The notes under the pieces: generated by a model
The model's database searches: none
Seen by the model: only the letters and a program-made list of their open reading frames with translations
What the model was told of the DNA's origin: nothing
Made by a program: the position numbers and the translations under genes
DNA from: an archaeon
Lineage (GTDB): Archaea; Nanobdellota; Nanobdellia; Pacearchaeales; GW2011-AR1
NCBI GenBank assembly: GCA_018657525.1
Contig: JABHWZ010000009.1
Location: forward strand, 2,855 to 66,854
DNA: 64,000 nt
Direction of reading: 5' to 3'
Shown: positions 35,203 to 45,338 of the stretch, in pieces
Layout of the letters: each line of letters starts with the position of its first letter
Numbering within the stretch: position 1 is the stretch's first letter

Positions 35203-35586
35203 TTATTCTGCGAGTTCTCTTAATTTTCCTTGAATTTCTTCGAGTTGTGATTCTAATGTGGAATCATATTTTTGTGTTTTTACTTTACTTATTTTTTCCT
35301 CAATTTTTTCTAACTCTTCGACGGATTCTAAATGATGTTCTTTGAGAATTTGAGGTATTTTTATTTTAGGAAGAGTTCGTTCTAGTTGTTTTAAATTTTT
35401 TACTATTTCCTTAATTCGAGTATAGACTTTTGATTTAGATTTTAGTTCTTCAATTCTTAATGGATGATATCTTTTTATTGTTTGGAGAATTGTTAATAGA
35501 TTTGCTTCTAGAGAAAGAATATCTTTTTTAGATTGAACTGCTTCTTCGTATTCAAGCTTTACATGAATTAATTTTTCTTCTGCCAT
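35203..35586 (-). CDS. coiled-coil hypothetical protein
   Basis: Start moved to ATG 35586 (MAEEKLIHV); the track's GTG start lies inside repeat E3. Confidence 0.5.
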   Translation of the reverse strand: MAEEKLIHVKLEYEEAVQSKKDILSLEANLLTILQTIKRYHPLRIEELKSKSKVYTRIKEIVKNLKQLERTLPKIKIPQILKEHHLESVEELEKIEEKISKVKTQKYDSTLESQLEEIQGKLRELAE

Positions 35587-35598
35587 TTTTGTTTTTAA

Positions 35599-35638
35599 CA
35601 CTGCTTAGTGTGCCCTTCTTTGTGGTTTGCTTGGGCAA
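35599..35638. repeat. family E 40-nt mini-element, copy 3, flanked by TTTTAA direct repeats
   Basis: cactgcttagtgtgcccttctttgtggtttgcttgggcaa; ttttaa at 35593-35598 and 35639-35644. Confidence 0.8.
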
Positions 35639-35684
35639 TTTTAATTCTTTTTGGGACTTGTTATATTTTATAAGAATTAAAAAT

Positions 35685-36248
35685 TTATTCTATTTTTGAA
35701 AATATATCTTCATCAATTTTTTCAATTTGATTTTTAAGATTTTGAATTTCCTCTTCCCAGAGAGTTAATTCATTTTCTTCTTCTTCTTTTATTTTTCTTA
35801 TATCTTGTAACATTTTTGCAACTTCAGAAATTCTCTCTTTTGTTTTTTCAAAAATCTTTAAACTTTCTTCAAATTTATCAATCCGGATAAATATTGGTTC
35901 GTTTCTAACTCTTTTAATTGCTTCAGTAAATTCCGAAGGGATATTTCTTTTAGGTATTATTTCCTCGTGAGTTTTTATTTCTCTAGTAAGAGGGCGTGTT
36001 GGAAGTGTCGGCATCATTTGGGGTTCCTCCTCATCAACTTCTTCTTCCACCTCTTTTTCTCCAGATACGGCTTCTTTAATCATGTTTTGAGAAAATCTTT
36101 CTCCAAGGGCATTTGATGGAAGGCTTGGGAGTGGGGGTAATTTTTCATTGTTTATTTCTCTAGAAGGAATTTTGGGCAATTCAGTTATTTTTGGGAGCTC
36201 TGGCAGTCTTGGAACACCCTCATCATCGTCTTTTGTAAACCATCCCAT
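35685..36248 (-). CDS. hypothetical protein with Pro-rich N-terminal half and coiled-coil C-terminal half
   Basis: LPELPKITELPKIP repeats, then EPIFIRIDKFEESLKIFEK...; family not recognised. Confidence 0.5.
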   Translation of the reverse strand: MGWFTKDDDEGVPRLPELPKITELPKIPSREINNEKLPPLPSLPSNALGERFSQNMIKEAVSGEKEVEEEVDEEEPQMMPTLPTRPLTREIKTHEEIIPKRNIPSEFTEAIKRVRNEPIFIRIDKFEESLKIFEKTKERISEVAKMLQDIRKIKEEEENELTLWEEEIQNLKNQIEKIDEDIFSKIE

Positions 36249-36357
36249 TTTTTTATTGTATCTTTCGATGTATATAACAAATCATATAGGTTTAAAAACT
36301 TTTATTTTTTAAATATAGTACCGAAAAGTATTTATTTGGTGATTATGGAATATTAAA

Positions 36358-37191
36358 ATGTCAAAAGAATTAATTAGAGAAATTGTTGTGAATGTCGTCG
36401 GGAAACAAGCAGAGCCAATTGCAGATTTATTAAATAGTAAAAAACATGTTAATGAATTTAATTTGGCTAAAAAATTGGAGATTACAATTAATCAAACTAG
36501 AAATCTTTTATATAAACTTTCAGATCAAGGCTTAGTTTCTTCTATAAGAAAAAAAGATAAGAAAAAAGGATGGTATACTTACTTTTGGAAAATTGAGAAT
36601 CTTAAGGCTTTTGAATTTTTGAAAGGGTTACTTGATCAACGGACTAATCAGATTAATGCGCAAATTGCAAGTCGTGAGAAGAATCAGTTTTATGTTTGTG
36701 AACGGTGTAACTTGGAGTATAAGGAGGAGAATGCTTTGTTTATGGATTTTACATGCGATGAATGTGGGGAAATTTTTAAGGTGAAGGATAATTCTAAATT
36801 GGTTCGTGCGTTGCAGAGAAATCTTAAGTCTATCGACGGGGAAATGAAATTAGTGGAAATAGAAATTCAAAAAGAAAGAGATAAAATTGAAAAACAGAGA
36901 ATAAGAAAGGATAAAAAAGAAAAAGCAGAGAAGACTAGAATTAGGAAGGAGAAAGCTGCAATACGGAAGGCAATTAGAGATAAAGAAAAGAAGAAAGCAG
37001 GGTTTAAGAAAACAGTAAAGAAAAAAGTAGCTAAGAAAAAAGGCAAGAAAAAAGCTGTGAAAAGAAAAGTTAAAAAATTAGCAAAGAAGAAAAAAGTAGT
37101 TAAGAAAGTAATTAAAAAGAAATCTAAGCGTCAAAAGGCATCATCCAATACCCTAAAGGGCACGAGAGTACGGAGTTCTGGACGTAAATAA
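36358..37191 (+). CDS. tfe: transcription factor E (TFE alpha) with Lys-rich C-terminal tail
   Basis: wHTH (NEFNLAKKLEITINQTRNLLYKLSDQGLVSS...KKGWYTYFWKI) followed by zinc ribbon CERC...CDEC. Confidence 0.8.
   Translation: MSKELIREIVVNVVGKQAEPIADLLNSKKHVNEFNLAKKLEITINQTRNLLYKLSDQGLVSSIRKKDKKKGWYTYFWKIENLKAFEFLKGLLDQRTNQINAQIASREKNQFYVCERCNLEYKEENALFMDFTCDECGEIFKVKDNSKLVRALQRNLKSIDGEMKLVEIEIQKERDKIEKQRIRKDKKEKAEKTRIRKEKAAIRKAIRDKEKKKAGFKKTVKKKVAKKKGKKKAVKRKVKKLAKKKKVVKKVIKKKSKRQKASSNTLKGTRVRSSGRK
37148..37173. repeat. family G GC-rich motif forming the last codons of tfe
   Basis: ataccctaaagggcacgagagtacgg versus ataccctgaagggcacgagagggcgg at 48366-48391 (23/26). Confidence 0.7.
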
Positions 37192-37192
37192 A

Positions 37193-37867
37193 ATGGGAAT
37201 TGAGATAAGTAGAATTCCTCGAAAGAGGAGATTTTTTTTTGGGAATGGATTGAGCATCACTACTAATATTATTCTTTTGAATATTGTTTTGTTTTTTGTT
37301 TTTTCTATGCTTATTTTATTTGATGTTGTGTCGGTGGGTTTTATTGCAATCAAACCATCTAATATTTTGGCAGGCAGATATGTTTGGACTTTTTTGACTT
37401 CAATGTTTATGCATGTTGGATTTTTTCATTTATTTGCAAATATGCTTTCATTATTTTTCATTGGAGGATTGGTTGAAAAATTATTAGGTAAAAAAAGATA
37501 TCTTTGGTTTTATTTAATTGCAGGTTTGTTTGCTGGCTTATTTTTTGTGGGAATAAGTTATTTTTTGAAAACAGATTTAAACACTTTTGCCGTCGGTGCT
37601 TCTGGGGCGCTGTTTGGTTTAGTGGGTTTACTAATGTTATTAACTCCTAACCTTCCGGTTTATATTATGTTTATTCCAATTCCAATTAAAATGAAATATG
37701 CTGCTCCAGGAATTTTGGTGGTGTTATGGTTGATTTCAATTACAGGTAATGTTCCTATTGGTAATACTGCTCATCTTGGAGGTTTAATTTCTGGATTAGT
37801 TTATGGGATTTATTTAAGAAAAAAGTTTCCTCAAAAAACTAATTGGATTAATAATCATTTTCAATGA
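37193..37867 (+). CDS. rhomboid-family intramembrane serine protease
   Basis: Multiple TMs, GASGALFGL (GxSG) and a downstream AHLGG histidine. Confidence 0.8.
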   Translation: MGIEISRIPRKRRFFFGNGLSITTNIILLNIVLFFVFSMLILFDVVSVGFIAIKPSNILAGRYVWTFLTSMFMHVGFFHLFANMLSLFFIGGLVEKLLGKKRYLWFYLIAGLFAGLFFVGISYFLKTDLNTFAVGASGALFGLVGLLMLLTPNLPVYIMFIPIPIKMKYAAPGILVVLWLISITGNVPIGNTAHLGGLISGLVYGIYLRKKFPQKTNWINNHFQ

Positions 37868-37900
37868 GCTAGTTTGGGAGGATATTTCAAGTCAGATAAT

Positions 37901-38494
37901 ATGGAAAATAAAAAGAGGTTTTGTTTGAAAGAGAAATATTTAGAAAGTTGGAATTATATTAAGGAGTGTAAAAATTTTATTTTGGTAGTGGTTGGTTTAT
38001 TTTTTGTATTTAGTTTAATTGGTTTTTTTATCCCCGCCTCTGCTGAAGTAGAGAATCAAATTTTGGAATTTCTTAAAGAGCTTTTAGAAAAAACTCAAGG
38101 GATGTCAGCATTTGGTTTAATGAAGTTTATCTTTTTTAATAATTTTCAAGCAAGTTTAACTGGGATTCTTTTTGGGGTTTTGTTGGGAATTTTTCCAGTG
38201 ATAGTTGCTTCTTTGAATGGGTACATTTTGGGCTTTGTTGCATCTAAGACCGTAAGTATAAATGGTATCTTTAGTCTTTGGAGGATATTGCCGCATGGTA
38301 TCTTTGAATTGCCGGCAGTTTTTATTTCTTTAGCGATGGGTATTAAATTGGGAACTTTTATTTTTGCTAAGAAAAAGTTGGAAGCTTGCAGAGATTTTTT
38401 TTGGAAGAGTATTAAAGTTTTTTTATTGATAGTAGTTCCGCTTTTATTTATTGCGGGGGTTATTGAGGGATTATTAATTGCTTTTGCTAGTTAG
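37901..38494 (+). CDS. SpoIIM/DUF95-like membrane protein
   Basis: ILPHGIFELPAVFISLAMG motif and several TMs. Confidence 0.6.
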   Translation: MENKKRFCLKEKYLESWNYIKECKNFILVVVGLFFVFSLIGFFIPASAEVENQILEFLKELLEKTQGMSAFGLMKFIFFNNFQASLTGILFGVLLGIFPVIVASLNGYILGFVASKTVSINGIFSLWRILPHGIFELPAVFISLAMGIKLGTFIFAKKKLEACRDFFWKSIKVFLLIVVPLLFIAGVIEGLLIAFAS

Positions 38495-38556
38495 TTAGCT
38501 TTAAATATACTTATTTCTTAGATAATTTATACTAATAAAAGGAGGTTTTATAAAAA

Positions 38557-38742
38557 ATGTGGTGGAAAAAAACTGCTTTGGTTTTAGCAAATATTGGTGC
38601 TATTAACTGGGGACTTGTACAACTTAACTGGAATATTGTTGACAAGTTAATTGGTAGTTGGAGTGCGGGAACAGCAACAGTTGTTTACTGGCTTGTAGCT
38701 CTTTGTGGTATTTACGGGCTTGCTAAAGTGTTTCAAGAGTAA
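38557..38742 (+). CDS. DUF378 small membrane protein
   Basis: ANIGAINWGLV...NIV pattern; ggaggt RBS. Confidence 0.7.
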   Translation: MWWKKTALVLANIGAINWGLVQLNWNIVDKLIGSWSAGTATVVYWLVALCGIYGLAKVFQE

Positions 38743-38852
38743 AACTAACTTGTTAAGAAATTTTCCCAATTGTATATTGGGATTTTTTATTTTTTTTAAA
38801 TTTTTGAAAATTGTATTTTGAAAGAATATACTAAATTAAAAGTTAAATACGT

Positions 38853-39062
38853 TTATTCTTTAAGGTCGCTGATTCCTAACATTATGAAGAGTAATCCGAT
38901 CATTATTACAAACCAGATTATTCCACCCTTTAGGAATTCCCATGCTGCTGTTCCGAAATTCAACGATACTCCTAATAAATTCCAGTTAGCTGAGTATCCC
39001 CAAACTGCAATAGCTGCAATTACTAGGACCAATCCTGCGAAAAGTTCTATCCATTTATTCAT
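38853..39062 (-). CDS. small membrane protein
   Basis: Two clean TMs; preferred over the overlapping plus-strand ORF 38818-39072. Confidence 0.5.
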   Translation of the reverse strand: MNKWIELFAGLVLVIAAIAVWGYSANWNLLGVSLNFGTAAWEFLKGGIIWFVIMIGLLFIMLGISDLKE

Positions 39063-39226
39063 TGTAATATAACTGATTTTTTTTTGTTTAAAAACATTGT
39101 GTTGGTGAAATAGGTAGTTTTAAAAATAGGAGAATTGTTAAAAAAACATGAATAATCAATTATCTTGGTTGCAGAAAGCAGTGGCTATCCCTAATTGTTA
39201 ATTTATTCGGAATTCTTTTATTTAAA

Positions 39227-40156
39227 ATGAAAAAAGTTAAAGATTTTTTTTGGAAACAAAATATGACTGTGAAAGAGCTTATAATGGGGTTTGATAGTTT
39301 AGGTTATCAGGCTTCAGAATTGGCAGAGGCTGAAAAAGTTATTTTAAAAATGAAGCGTGGTGGTGCAAAAGTTTTTTTGACTTTTACTTCAAATATGGTG
39401 ACTTCTGGATTGAGGGGTTTTTTTGCTCAGCTTTGTAAATTTAAGATACCGGATATTTTAGTGACAACTTCAGGTTCAATTGAAGAAGATATTATGAAGG
39501 CTTTGGGAGAGGGATTTGAATTGGGGAGCTTTAATGCTGACGATACTGCATTGCATGAGCGCGGTGAGAATCGAGTTGGCAATTTAATTATTCGTAATGA
39601 AAGTTATATGAAATTTGAGGATAAAATTTCCCAAATTCTTGAGAAGATTTATGTTAAGAAAAAAAGAATTATGTCTTCTGAATTGTTAAAAGAAATTGGT
39701 TTGCAGTTAGGTGATGAAGATTCTATTTTATTTCAGGCAGCTAAAAATAATATTCCTATTTATTGTCCAGGAATTGCTGATTCTAGTTTTGGATTTCAGT
39801 TATTTATGTTTCAGCAAAAGCATTCGGATTTCATTGTTGATACGATTCAGGATATGCAGAGAGTTGTTAGTGATTTGAGTTTTGATGAGAAAAAAGGTTT
39901 GATTAGTTTGGGAGGAAGTATCTCAAAACATTATGCTGTTTTTGCAGCTTTGCTTTCTGGGGGATTTGATTATGCAGTTTATATGACAACTTCTAGCTCT
40001 CAATCTGGTTCAATGTCTGGAGCTACAACTCAAGAAGCAAAGTCTTGGGGAAAGCTTAAAGATGATGGAGAAGCAGCTACAGTTAAGGGAGATGTTACAA
40101 TTACTTTTCCGTTGGTGATGTGTAGTGTTTTGGATGAATTGGAGGGGATGGAATGA
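39227..40156 (+). CDS. dys: deoxyhypusine synthase
   Basis: FLTFTSNMVTSGLRG, GGSISKHY, length ~310 aa. Confidence 0.85.
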   Translation: MKKVKDFFWKQNMTVKELIMGFDSLGYQASELAEAEKVILKMKRGGAKVFLTFTSNMVTSGLRGFFAQLCKFKIPDILVTTSGSIEEDIMKALGEGFELGSFNADDTALHERGENRVGNLIIRNESYMKFEDKISQILEKIYVKKKRIMSSELLKEIGLQLGDEDSILFQAAKNNIPIYCPGIADSSFGFQLFMFQQKHSDFIVDTIQDMQRVVSDLSFDEKKGLISLGGSISKHYAVFAALLSGGFDYAVYMTTSSSQSGSMSGATTQEAKSWGKLKDDGEAATVKGDVTITFPLVMCSVLDELEGME

Positions 40157-41199
40157 CTGCTCCTAAATTTATTCTATCTAAGTCAAAACTTTTAGAACAA
40201 TATAATAAATTAAAAGAACTTGGTTTGAAAGTTTCGTATTCTTATAAGACAAATCACGAAGTTGGAAAAGTTTTGCAAGAGTTGGAGGGGGCAGAGGATT
40301 GTGAATTTTCAATTCATGCTTTTGAGGAGATTGAAGATATTAAAGATAAATCTAAAATTAGTTTTTTTACTCAGGCAGAGAATAAAGAAGAGTTGAAATT
40401 GTTATTGGAGAAAGGAATTAGAAATTTTGTTGTGGATAATGAAATTGATTTAAGAAGGTTATTGAAAGTGGTTGAAAGTTTTGGAGAGAAAATTAATTTA
40501 AGTTTGCGGATGAAATTTCAAGAACATCGAATTGGAACTGGAAAGTATTTTGTTTATGGAATGTCTGCTGGAAAAGTTAATGAATTATTGAATAAAATTA
40601 AGGCTAATCCTTTGATTGAAAAACTGGGAGTTCATATTCATAGAAAAAGTCAGAATGTTAGTGAGTGGTTAATTCTAGATGAATTGAAAGATTCTTTGGG
40701 TGAGGAAATTTTAAGAAGAATTGATTTTGTTAATTTGGGAGGAGGATTGCCAGTTAAATATAGAAGTTATACAGGAAAGGCAGATGATTATATTTTTGAA
40801 AAAATTAGAGAAGTTGTGGATTGGTCGAATAAAAAAAATATTCAAACTATTATTGAGCCGGGAAGATTTTTGGCAGCTCCTGCAATTCAATTAGAAACTG
40901 AGATTATTCAGATTCAAGAAAAAAATTTAATTATAAATACTACAATTTATAATTGTGCGGTGGATAATGTTTTAACTGGGACAAAAATGTTAGTTGAGGG
41001 TGAATTAGATGAAGTTGAGGAGGGAAATTATTATTTGATTAAAGGAAATTCTCCCACAAGAGATGATATTTTCCGATATAGGGTTAAATTGAAAAATCCA
41101 AAGGTTGGAGATAAAATTATTTTCTTAAATGCGGGAGCCTACAATTATACTACTGATTTTTTTGGTTATAAAAAATTAAAAACAGAGATTAAAGAATAG
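40153..41199 (+). CDS. PLP-dependent decarboxylase of the Orn/DAP/Arg decarboxylase family (likely polyamine synthesis)
   Basis: YSYKTNHEV (PLP lysine), GGGLPVKY, EPGRFLAAPA; ATGA overlap with dys. Confidence 0.7.
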   Translation: MTAPKFILSKSKLLEQYNKLKELGLKVSYSYKTNHEVGKVLQELEGAEDCEFSIHAFEEIEDIKDKSKISFFTQAENKEELKLLLEKGIRNFVVDNEIDLRRLLKVVESFGEKINLSLRMKFQEHRIGTGKYFVYGMSAGKVNELLNKIKANPLIEKLGVHIHRKSQNVSEWLILDELKDSLGEEILRRIDFVNLGGGLPVKYRSYTGKADDYIFEKIREVVDWSNKKNIQTIIEPGRFLAAPAIQLETEIIQIQEKNLIINTTIYNCAVDNVLTGTKMLVEGELDEVEEGNYYLIKGNSPTRDDIFRYRVKLKNPKVGDKIIFLNAGAYNYTTDFFGYKKLKTEIKE

Positions 41200-41233
41200 A
41201 AATAATTAAAAAGTTTATGGAGTTAATAAAATA

Positions 41234-41572
41234 ATGAAGAAAGATGAAAATTTTAGGACGGGATGTTATGCGATTCCTACTAAGCAGGGCTATGATATTG
41301 GATTTATTGAGGGGGATAAAGATCGTTTCGGGGAGTATTTAGTTAGATTTGGTGATGATCATAAACCAGTTTGTAATTGTCGTTTAAAGAGGTCTATTTT
41401 TTTGGGAGATAGAGGGGGGATAGTAATTCCTGATAATAGGTTTCTTTTAGAATTTACTTTGAGGAATGGAGGATTTGAAAGTTTTTGTCCTGAAAGTGGA
41501 GGAGTAATTATCCCTAGTTGGGGCGTTGAGGATTTAGGTGAAATATCGGAAGACTTTCGTGAGATGATTTAA
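41234..41572 (+). CDS. hypothetical protein
   Basis: ORF only. Confidence 0.45.
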   Translation: MKKDENFRTGCYAIPTKQGYDIGFIEGDKDRFGEYLVRFGDDHKPVCNCRLKRSIFLGDRGGIVIPDNRFLLEFTLRNGGFESFCPESGGVIIPSWGVEDLGEISEDFREMI

Positions 41573-41611
41573 ATTAGGAATACTTAAATATGCTTTATTC
41601 TAGGTGAATTG

Positions 41612-42655
41612 ATGTTAACTGAAGAACAATTCAATGAGATTAGAGAACATTTGCAGGAAGCCCAGAATCCTGTTTTTTTTTATGATAGCGATGCTGATGG
41701 GCTTTCAAGTTTTGTTTTGTTAGCTAAATGGTTGGGGAAGGGATATGGGGTGGTCATTAAAGATTTTCGTGATATGTGGGAACATTATTTGAACAAAGCA
41801 GAACAATTGGGTGCAGATTGTATTTTTTGTTTAGACTTGCCCTATTTAAATAAAGAATTTGTGGATGCTGTTAATGAAAAGAATTTAAAATTAGTTTCAA
41901 TAGATCATCATGATACTGAAAAATTGAAGGGGTTAGAGTTTGAGTATAATACTTTTCACGAAAGCGGGAAAAATGAATCTGTTGCAGAATTGTGTTATGA
42001 AGTTACGCAGCAGAAAAAAGATATGTGGATTGCAGTTGTGGGTTGTGTTGCTGATGTGAAGATGCCTAGTTTTTTTGAAGAATTTGCAAAAGAAAATCCC
42101 GAGTGGATTGATTGTGAATATGAAACTGCTTTTGATGTTAGATATAAATGTCGGTTGGGGAAATTGATAGATGTTTTTAATTTTGGTTTGAAGGATACTA
42201 CTACTAATGTGGTGAGGTTACAGAAATTTTTAATTAAGGCACAGTTTCCTTCAGAGGTTTTAGAAGAGAATCCTAAGACTAAAACTTTTTTAGATAAGTA
42301 TGATTTTTTGAATAAAATTATTAAAAAGCTTGTTGTTAAGGCAGAGAAGAAAATTGATATTGAAAAAAAATTATTGTTTTTTACTTATGGTGGCACAACA
42401 GGTGTTAGCCAGCATTTGTCTGATCGTTTAATGTATAGGAATCCTGGGATTACAATTGTTTTGGGTTATAATAGCGGAGGCGAGAAAATAAAATTTTCTT
42501 TGAGGGGCAATCCTGTTAATGTAAGGGAAGTTGTTCTGAAAGCTATTGAAGGATTAGAGGGAGCAGGAGGAGGAGGACATAAGTTTTCTTCGGGGGCCCA
42601 AATTTGTATGAGTGATTTAGATTTATTCAGAGAAAGAGTTGAGAATTTAGTTTAA
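41612..42655 (+). CDS. DHH-family phosphoesterase (RecJ/GAN-like)
   Basis: FYDSDADGLSS, SIDHHD, GGGGHKFSSGA (DHHA1). Confidence 0.75.
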   Translation: MLTEEQFNEIREHLQEAQNPVFFYDSDADGLSSFVLLAKWLGKGYGVVIKDFRDMWEHYLNKAEQLGADCIFCLDLPYLNKEFVDAVNEKNLKLVSIDHHDTEKLKGLEFEYNTFHESGKNESVAELCYEVTQQKKDMWIAVVGCVADVKMPSFFEEFAKENPEWIDCEYETAFDVRYKCRLGKLIDVFNFGLKDTTTNVVRLQKFLIKAQFPSEVLEENPKTKTFLDKYDFLNKIIKKLVVKAEKKIDIEKKLLFFTYGGTTGVSQHLSDRLMYRNPGITIVLGYNSGGEKIKFSLRGNPVNVREVVLKAIEGLEGAGGGGHKFSSGAQICMSDLDLFRERVENLV

Positions 42656-43085
42656 TTTTTACTTCTTTAAAGTACTCTGGTTTTTACGAAAGATATTTAA
42701 ATAATAAAATCTTGAATTGAATATGAGTAATAGATTAACGTTGATGGCATGGAATAGTTTTTTTGACTTAGTCTATACTAACTGTATTAAACATTAAATT
42801 CAATTCATTGTTTCTGGGGTCTGAATTGAAGGAGATGTTTTATTTCTACTTGATTTAGATTTTAAGAAGATTTGTTTTGAATTTGCAAAAAATAATGGAA
42901 CAAAAAATGCAAATGATGGAGCTAGGACTTGAGAGAGAACTTAACCAGCTTATGGAAGTTACTCTTAAGTTAGAATGTGAGCTTGAATTAGCTGTTGCTC
43001 TACGAGAATAATTGAAATAGAAAAGAAGTCAGCTAATCTTTAGGATTTAGTATGCTTTATAAACTATATTCTTAAATATTATTTT

Positions 43086-43514
43086 ATGAAAGATAAAGAT
43101 TATTTCATAATGGACCAAGCGAATATACCTTATGGCGCAATAACTTGTTCTTTGTCGACTAGAGTCGACATCCTTGAGATGGCCTATTCAACAAAAAATT
43201 GGGAAAAAATTACTTCTTCTTTTCCCTTACTCACAGAACGTTTTAATAGGTTAGTCAAATTATATGAAAAGGTTGGAGATCTTTCCAAGTATGATTCGAT
43301 TCATGGAGGCGATATAATGAGGGAAATTGCAGTAAGGGCAATTCCAGATTTGGGAGCAGCTATTTGGGGATTTGAAATTGCTTTAAATGAGAAAGAATGT
43401 TCAGAGGAGTTGGAAATTTTATCTAAAACAATTTCTAGATTAAATTCTTTGGCAGCTTGTTTTAGGGAGCTTCCAATGTATAAAAATTATAGAGCTGAAT
43501 TAGCTAAAAAATAG
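43086..43514 (+). CDS. hypothetical protein
   Basis: ORF only. Confidence 0.45.
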   Translation: MKDKDYFIMDQANIPYGAITCSLSTRVDILEMAYSTKNWEKITSSFPLLTERFNRLVKLYEKVGDLSKYDSIHGGDIMREIAVRAIPDLGAAIWGFEIALNEKECSEELEILSKTISRLNSLAACFRELPMYKNYRAELAKK

Positions 43515-43515
43515 A

Positions 43516-44958
43516 TTAATATGTTTTACCACAATAAACCCAGTAGTCTGCTTGTTTGTTGCAAATTATGCATTTTTTATTTTTTACTGGATTGTTTTCA
43601 GGATCAATGAATAATGTTTTTCCTCCGCTTGTTTCTGCTTTTAGGTGGTCTTCACATGTTGGATTTTTACACATGGGCACCATTACGATTTTTTGTTTTT
43701 GTATTAATTTGATTAATTCTTTTTTATTTTCTGTTTTTGTTTTTGCATTTTCTAAACTTTTTTTGGCAGTTTCATAAAGCTCTGTTTGCATTTTTTCTAA
43801 TAATTTTGGAATTTCTTTTTTTAAGTCTTTTATTTTAATTGCCACTTTTTCTCCGGTGTTTCTCTTGGCAATTATTACTTCTTGCTTTTCTAAATCTCTT
43901 GGCCCTAATTCAATTCTTAGGGGAATTCCTTTTAATTCCCATTCATTGAATTTATATCCTGGAGTTACTTCTAATCTTTTGTCTAGTATTGGATTGAATT
44001 TATTTAGTGCTTTTGATATTTCTTTAGCTTTCTTTAATACTTTTTTTTCTTGTTCAAATCTTACTGGAATTATGACTATCTTGTTTGGTGCAATTTGCGG
44101 GGGCAAGACAATTCCTTTGTTGTCTGAATGTAATGCTAACATTCCTCCAAGTTCTCTTGTTGAAATTGCGTGTGTGTTTTGCCAGACGAATTGTTCTTTC
44201 CCTTCTTTATTTTTGAATTTTACATCATATGCTTTAGCGAATTTTTGTCCGTCGTGGTGGAAGCAAGTATTTTCTAGAACTTTCCCATTTTGTAAATAGG
44301 TGTGGTTTTTTTCTGAGAAAATTGCTCCTGCAAATTTTTCTTTATCTGTTTTTTTTCCGTAGATTGCTGGAACTGCCATTAAATTTTTGGTTACTTTTGA
44401 ATAAGCTTGCATTACTTTTTTTCCGTGTTCTAGTGCTTTCTTTTCTGTTTCAAAACAAGTGTGGGTTTCGTTCCATAAGAATTCTCTTCCCCTAAAAAAT
44501 GGTACTGGGTTGTTTGTGTCCCATCTTATTACGTTGTTCCATTGATTTAATAAAAGGGGTAAATCTCTCCAACTTCTAATCCATTTTGAATAAGAATCAT
44601 ACATTATTGCTTCTGATGTTGGTCGAAACGCTAATCTTTCTGGAAGTTTTGTGTTTCCTGCCTCTGTTACCCAAGCCACTTCTGGAGAAAATCCCTTCAC
44701 AAAATCTTTTTCTTTTTGAAATAATGATTCAGGAATTAGGACCGGGAAGTAACAATTTTGAATTCCTATTTTTTTGAATTCTTTATCTATTTCTTCTTTT
44801 ATTTTTTCCCAAAGAGTATAAGCAGCAGGTCGATAAATTATGAATCCTGAAACTTTTGAGTATTCAGCTAATTCTGCTTTTTGCATTAATTGAATAAACC
44901 ATTCTGTAAAGTTTTCTTCTTTTTTTATTGTAATTCCTTCTTGGTTTTTCTTCCCCAT
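43516..44958 (-). CDS. proS: prolyl-tRNA synthetase (archaeal type)
   Basis: FTEWF..LMQKAEL..YS.VSGFIIYRP, class II motifs, C-terminal zinc-binding CxxC...YWVYCGKTY. Confidence 0.9.
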   Translation of the reverse strand: MGKKNQEGITIKKEENFTEWFIQLMQKAELAEYSKVSGFIIYRPAAYTLWEKIKEEIDKEFKKIGIQNCYFPVLIPESLFQKEKDFVKGFSPEVAWVTEAGNTKLPERLAFRPTSEAIMYDSYSKWIRSWRDLPLLLNQWNNVIRWDTNNPVPFFRGREFLWNETHTCFETEKKALEHGKKVMQAYSKVTKNLMAVPAIYGKKTDKEKFAGAIFSEKNHTYLQNGKVLENTCFHHDGQKFAKAYDVKFKNKEGKEQFVWQNTHAISTRELGGMLALHSDNKGIVLPPQIAPNKIVIIPVRFEQEKKVLKKAKEISKALNKFNPILDKRLEVTPGYKFNEWELKGIPLRIELGPRDLEKQEVIIAKRNTGEKVAIKIKDLKKEIPKLLEKMQTELYETAKKSLENAKTKTENKKELIKLIQKQKIVMVPMCKNPTCEDHLKAETSGGKTLFIDPENNPVKNKKCIICNKQADYWVYCGKTY

Positions 44959-44959
44959 A

Positions 44960-45286
44960 TTATTGTTTGTCTTTTTGTTTATTTAAATTCTTTGGATTGT
45001 AGAATGCTTGCCATAAAATATCTATTTTTTTAAAGAAGTATCTATGTTGGTTGATAAGACCTTCTTGGATTAGGTGCTGGGTGAATATTTTTTCTCCTGT
45101 TCTTGAATGGGCTTTTGATATTTTTTGAAGTTGATTTTTTAATTCTGTGGAGTATTGGTGTAAATTAGATTCCCAATGAGTTGTATAATCATAAACACAA
45201 ATTGAGAATTTATTTTCTAGAAAGGTTTGTTCTAGTTTAGAGGCACAGCTATATTGATTTAGGAAAACATTCACGTGTTGTAACAC
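44960..45286 (-). CDS. hypothetical protein (needs a GTG start; no internal Met)
   Basis: ORF ends 1 nt before proS; Gln/His/Asn-rich; weak support. Confidence 0.3.
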   Translation of the reverse strand: MLQHVNVFLNQYSCASKLEQTFLENKFSICVYDYTTHWESNLHQYSTELKNQLQKISKAHSRTGEKIFTQHLIQEGLINQHRYFFKKIDILWQAFYNPKNLNKQKDKQ

Positions 45287-45338
45287 CAGTGTTTCTGCTC
45301 TTCATGTTTTTAGAATTAAATTTATGTTTATAAAGTTT

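Noticed and set aside
38818-39072. 84-aa plus-strand ORF
   Set aside because: The overlapping minus-strand ORF (38853-39062) encodes two clean transmembrane helices, whereas the plus-strand product has no coherent features.
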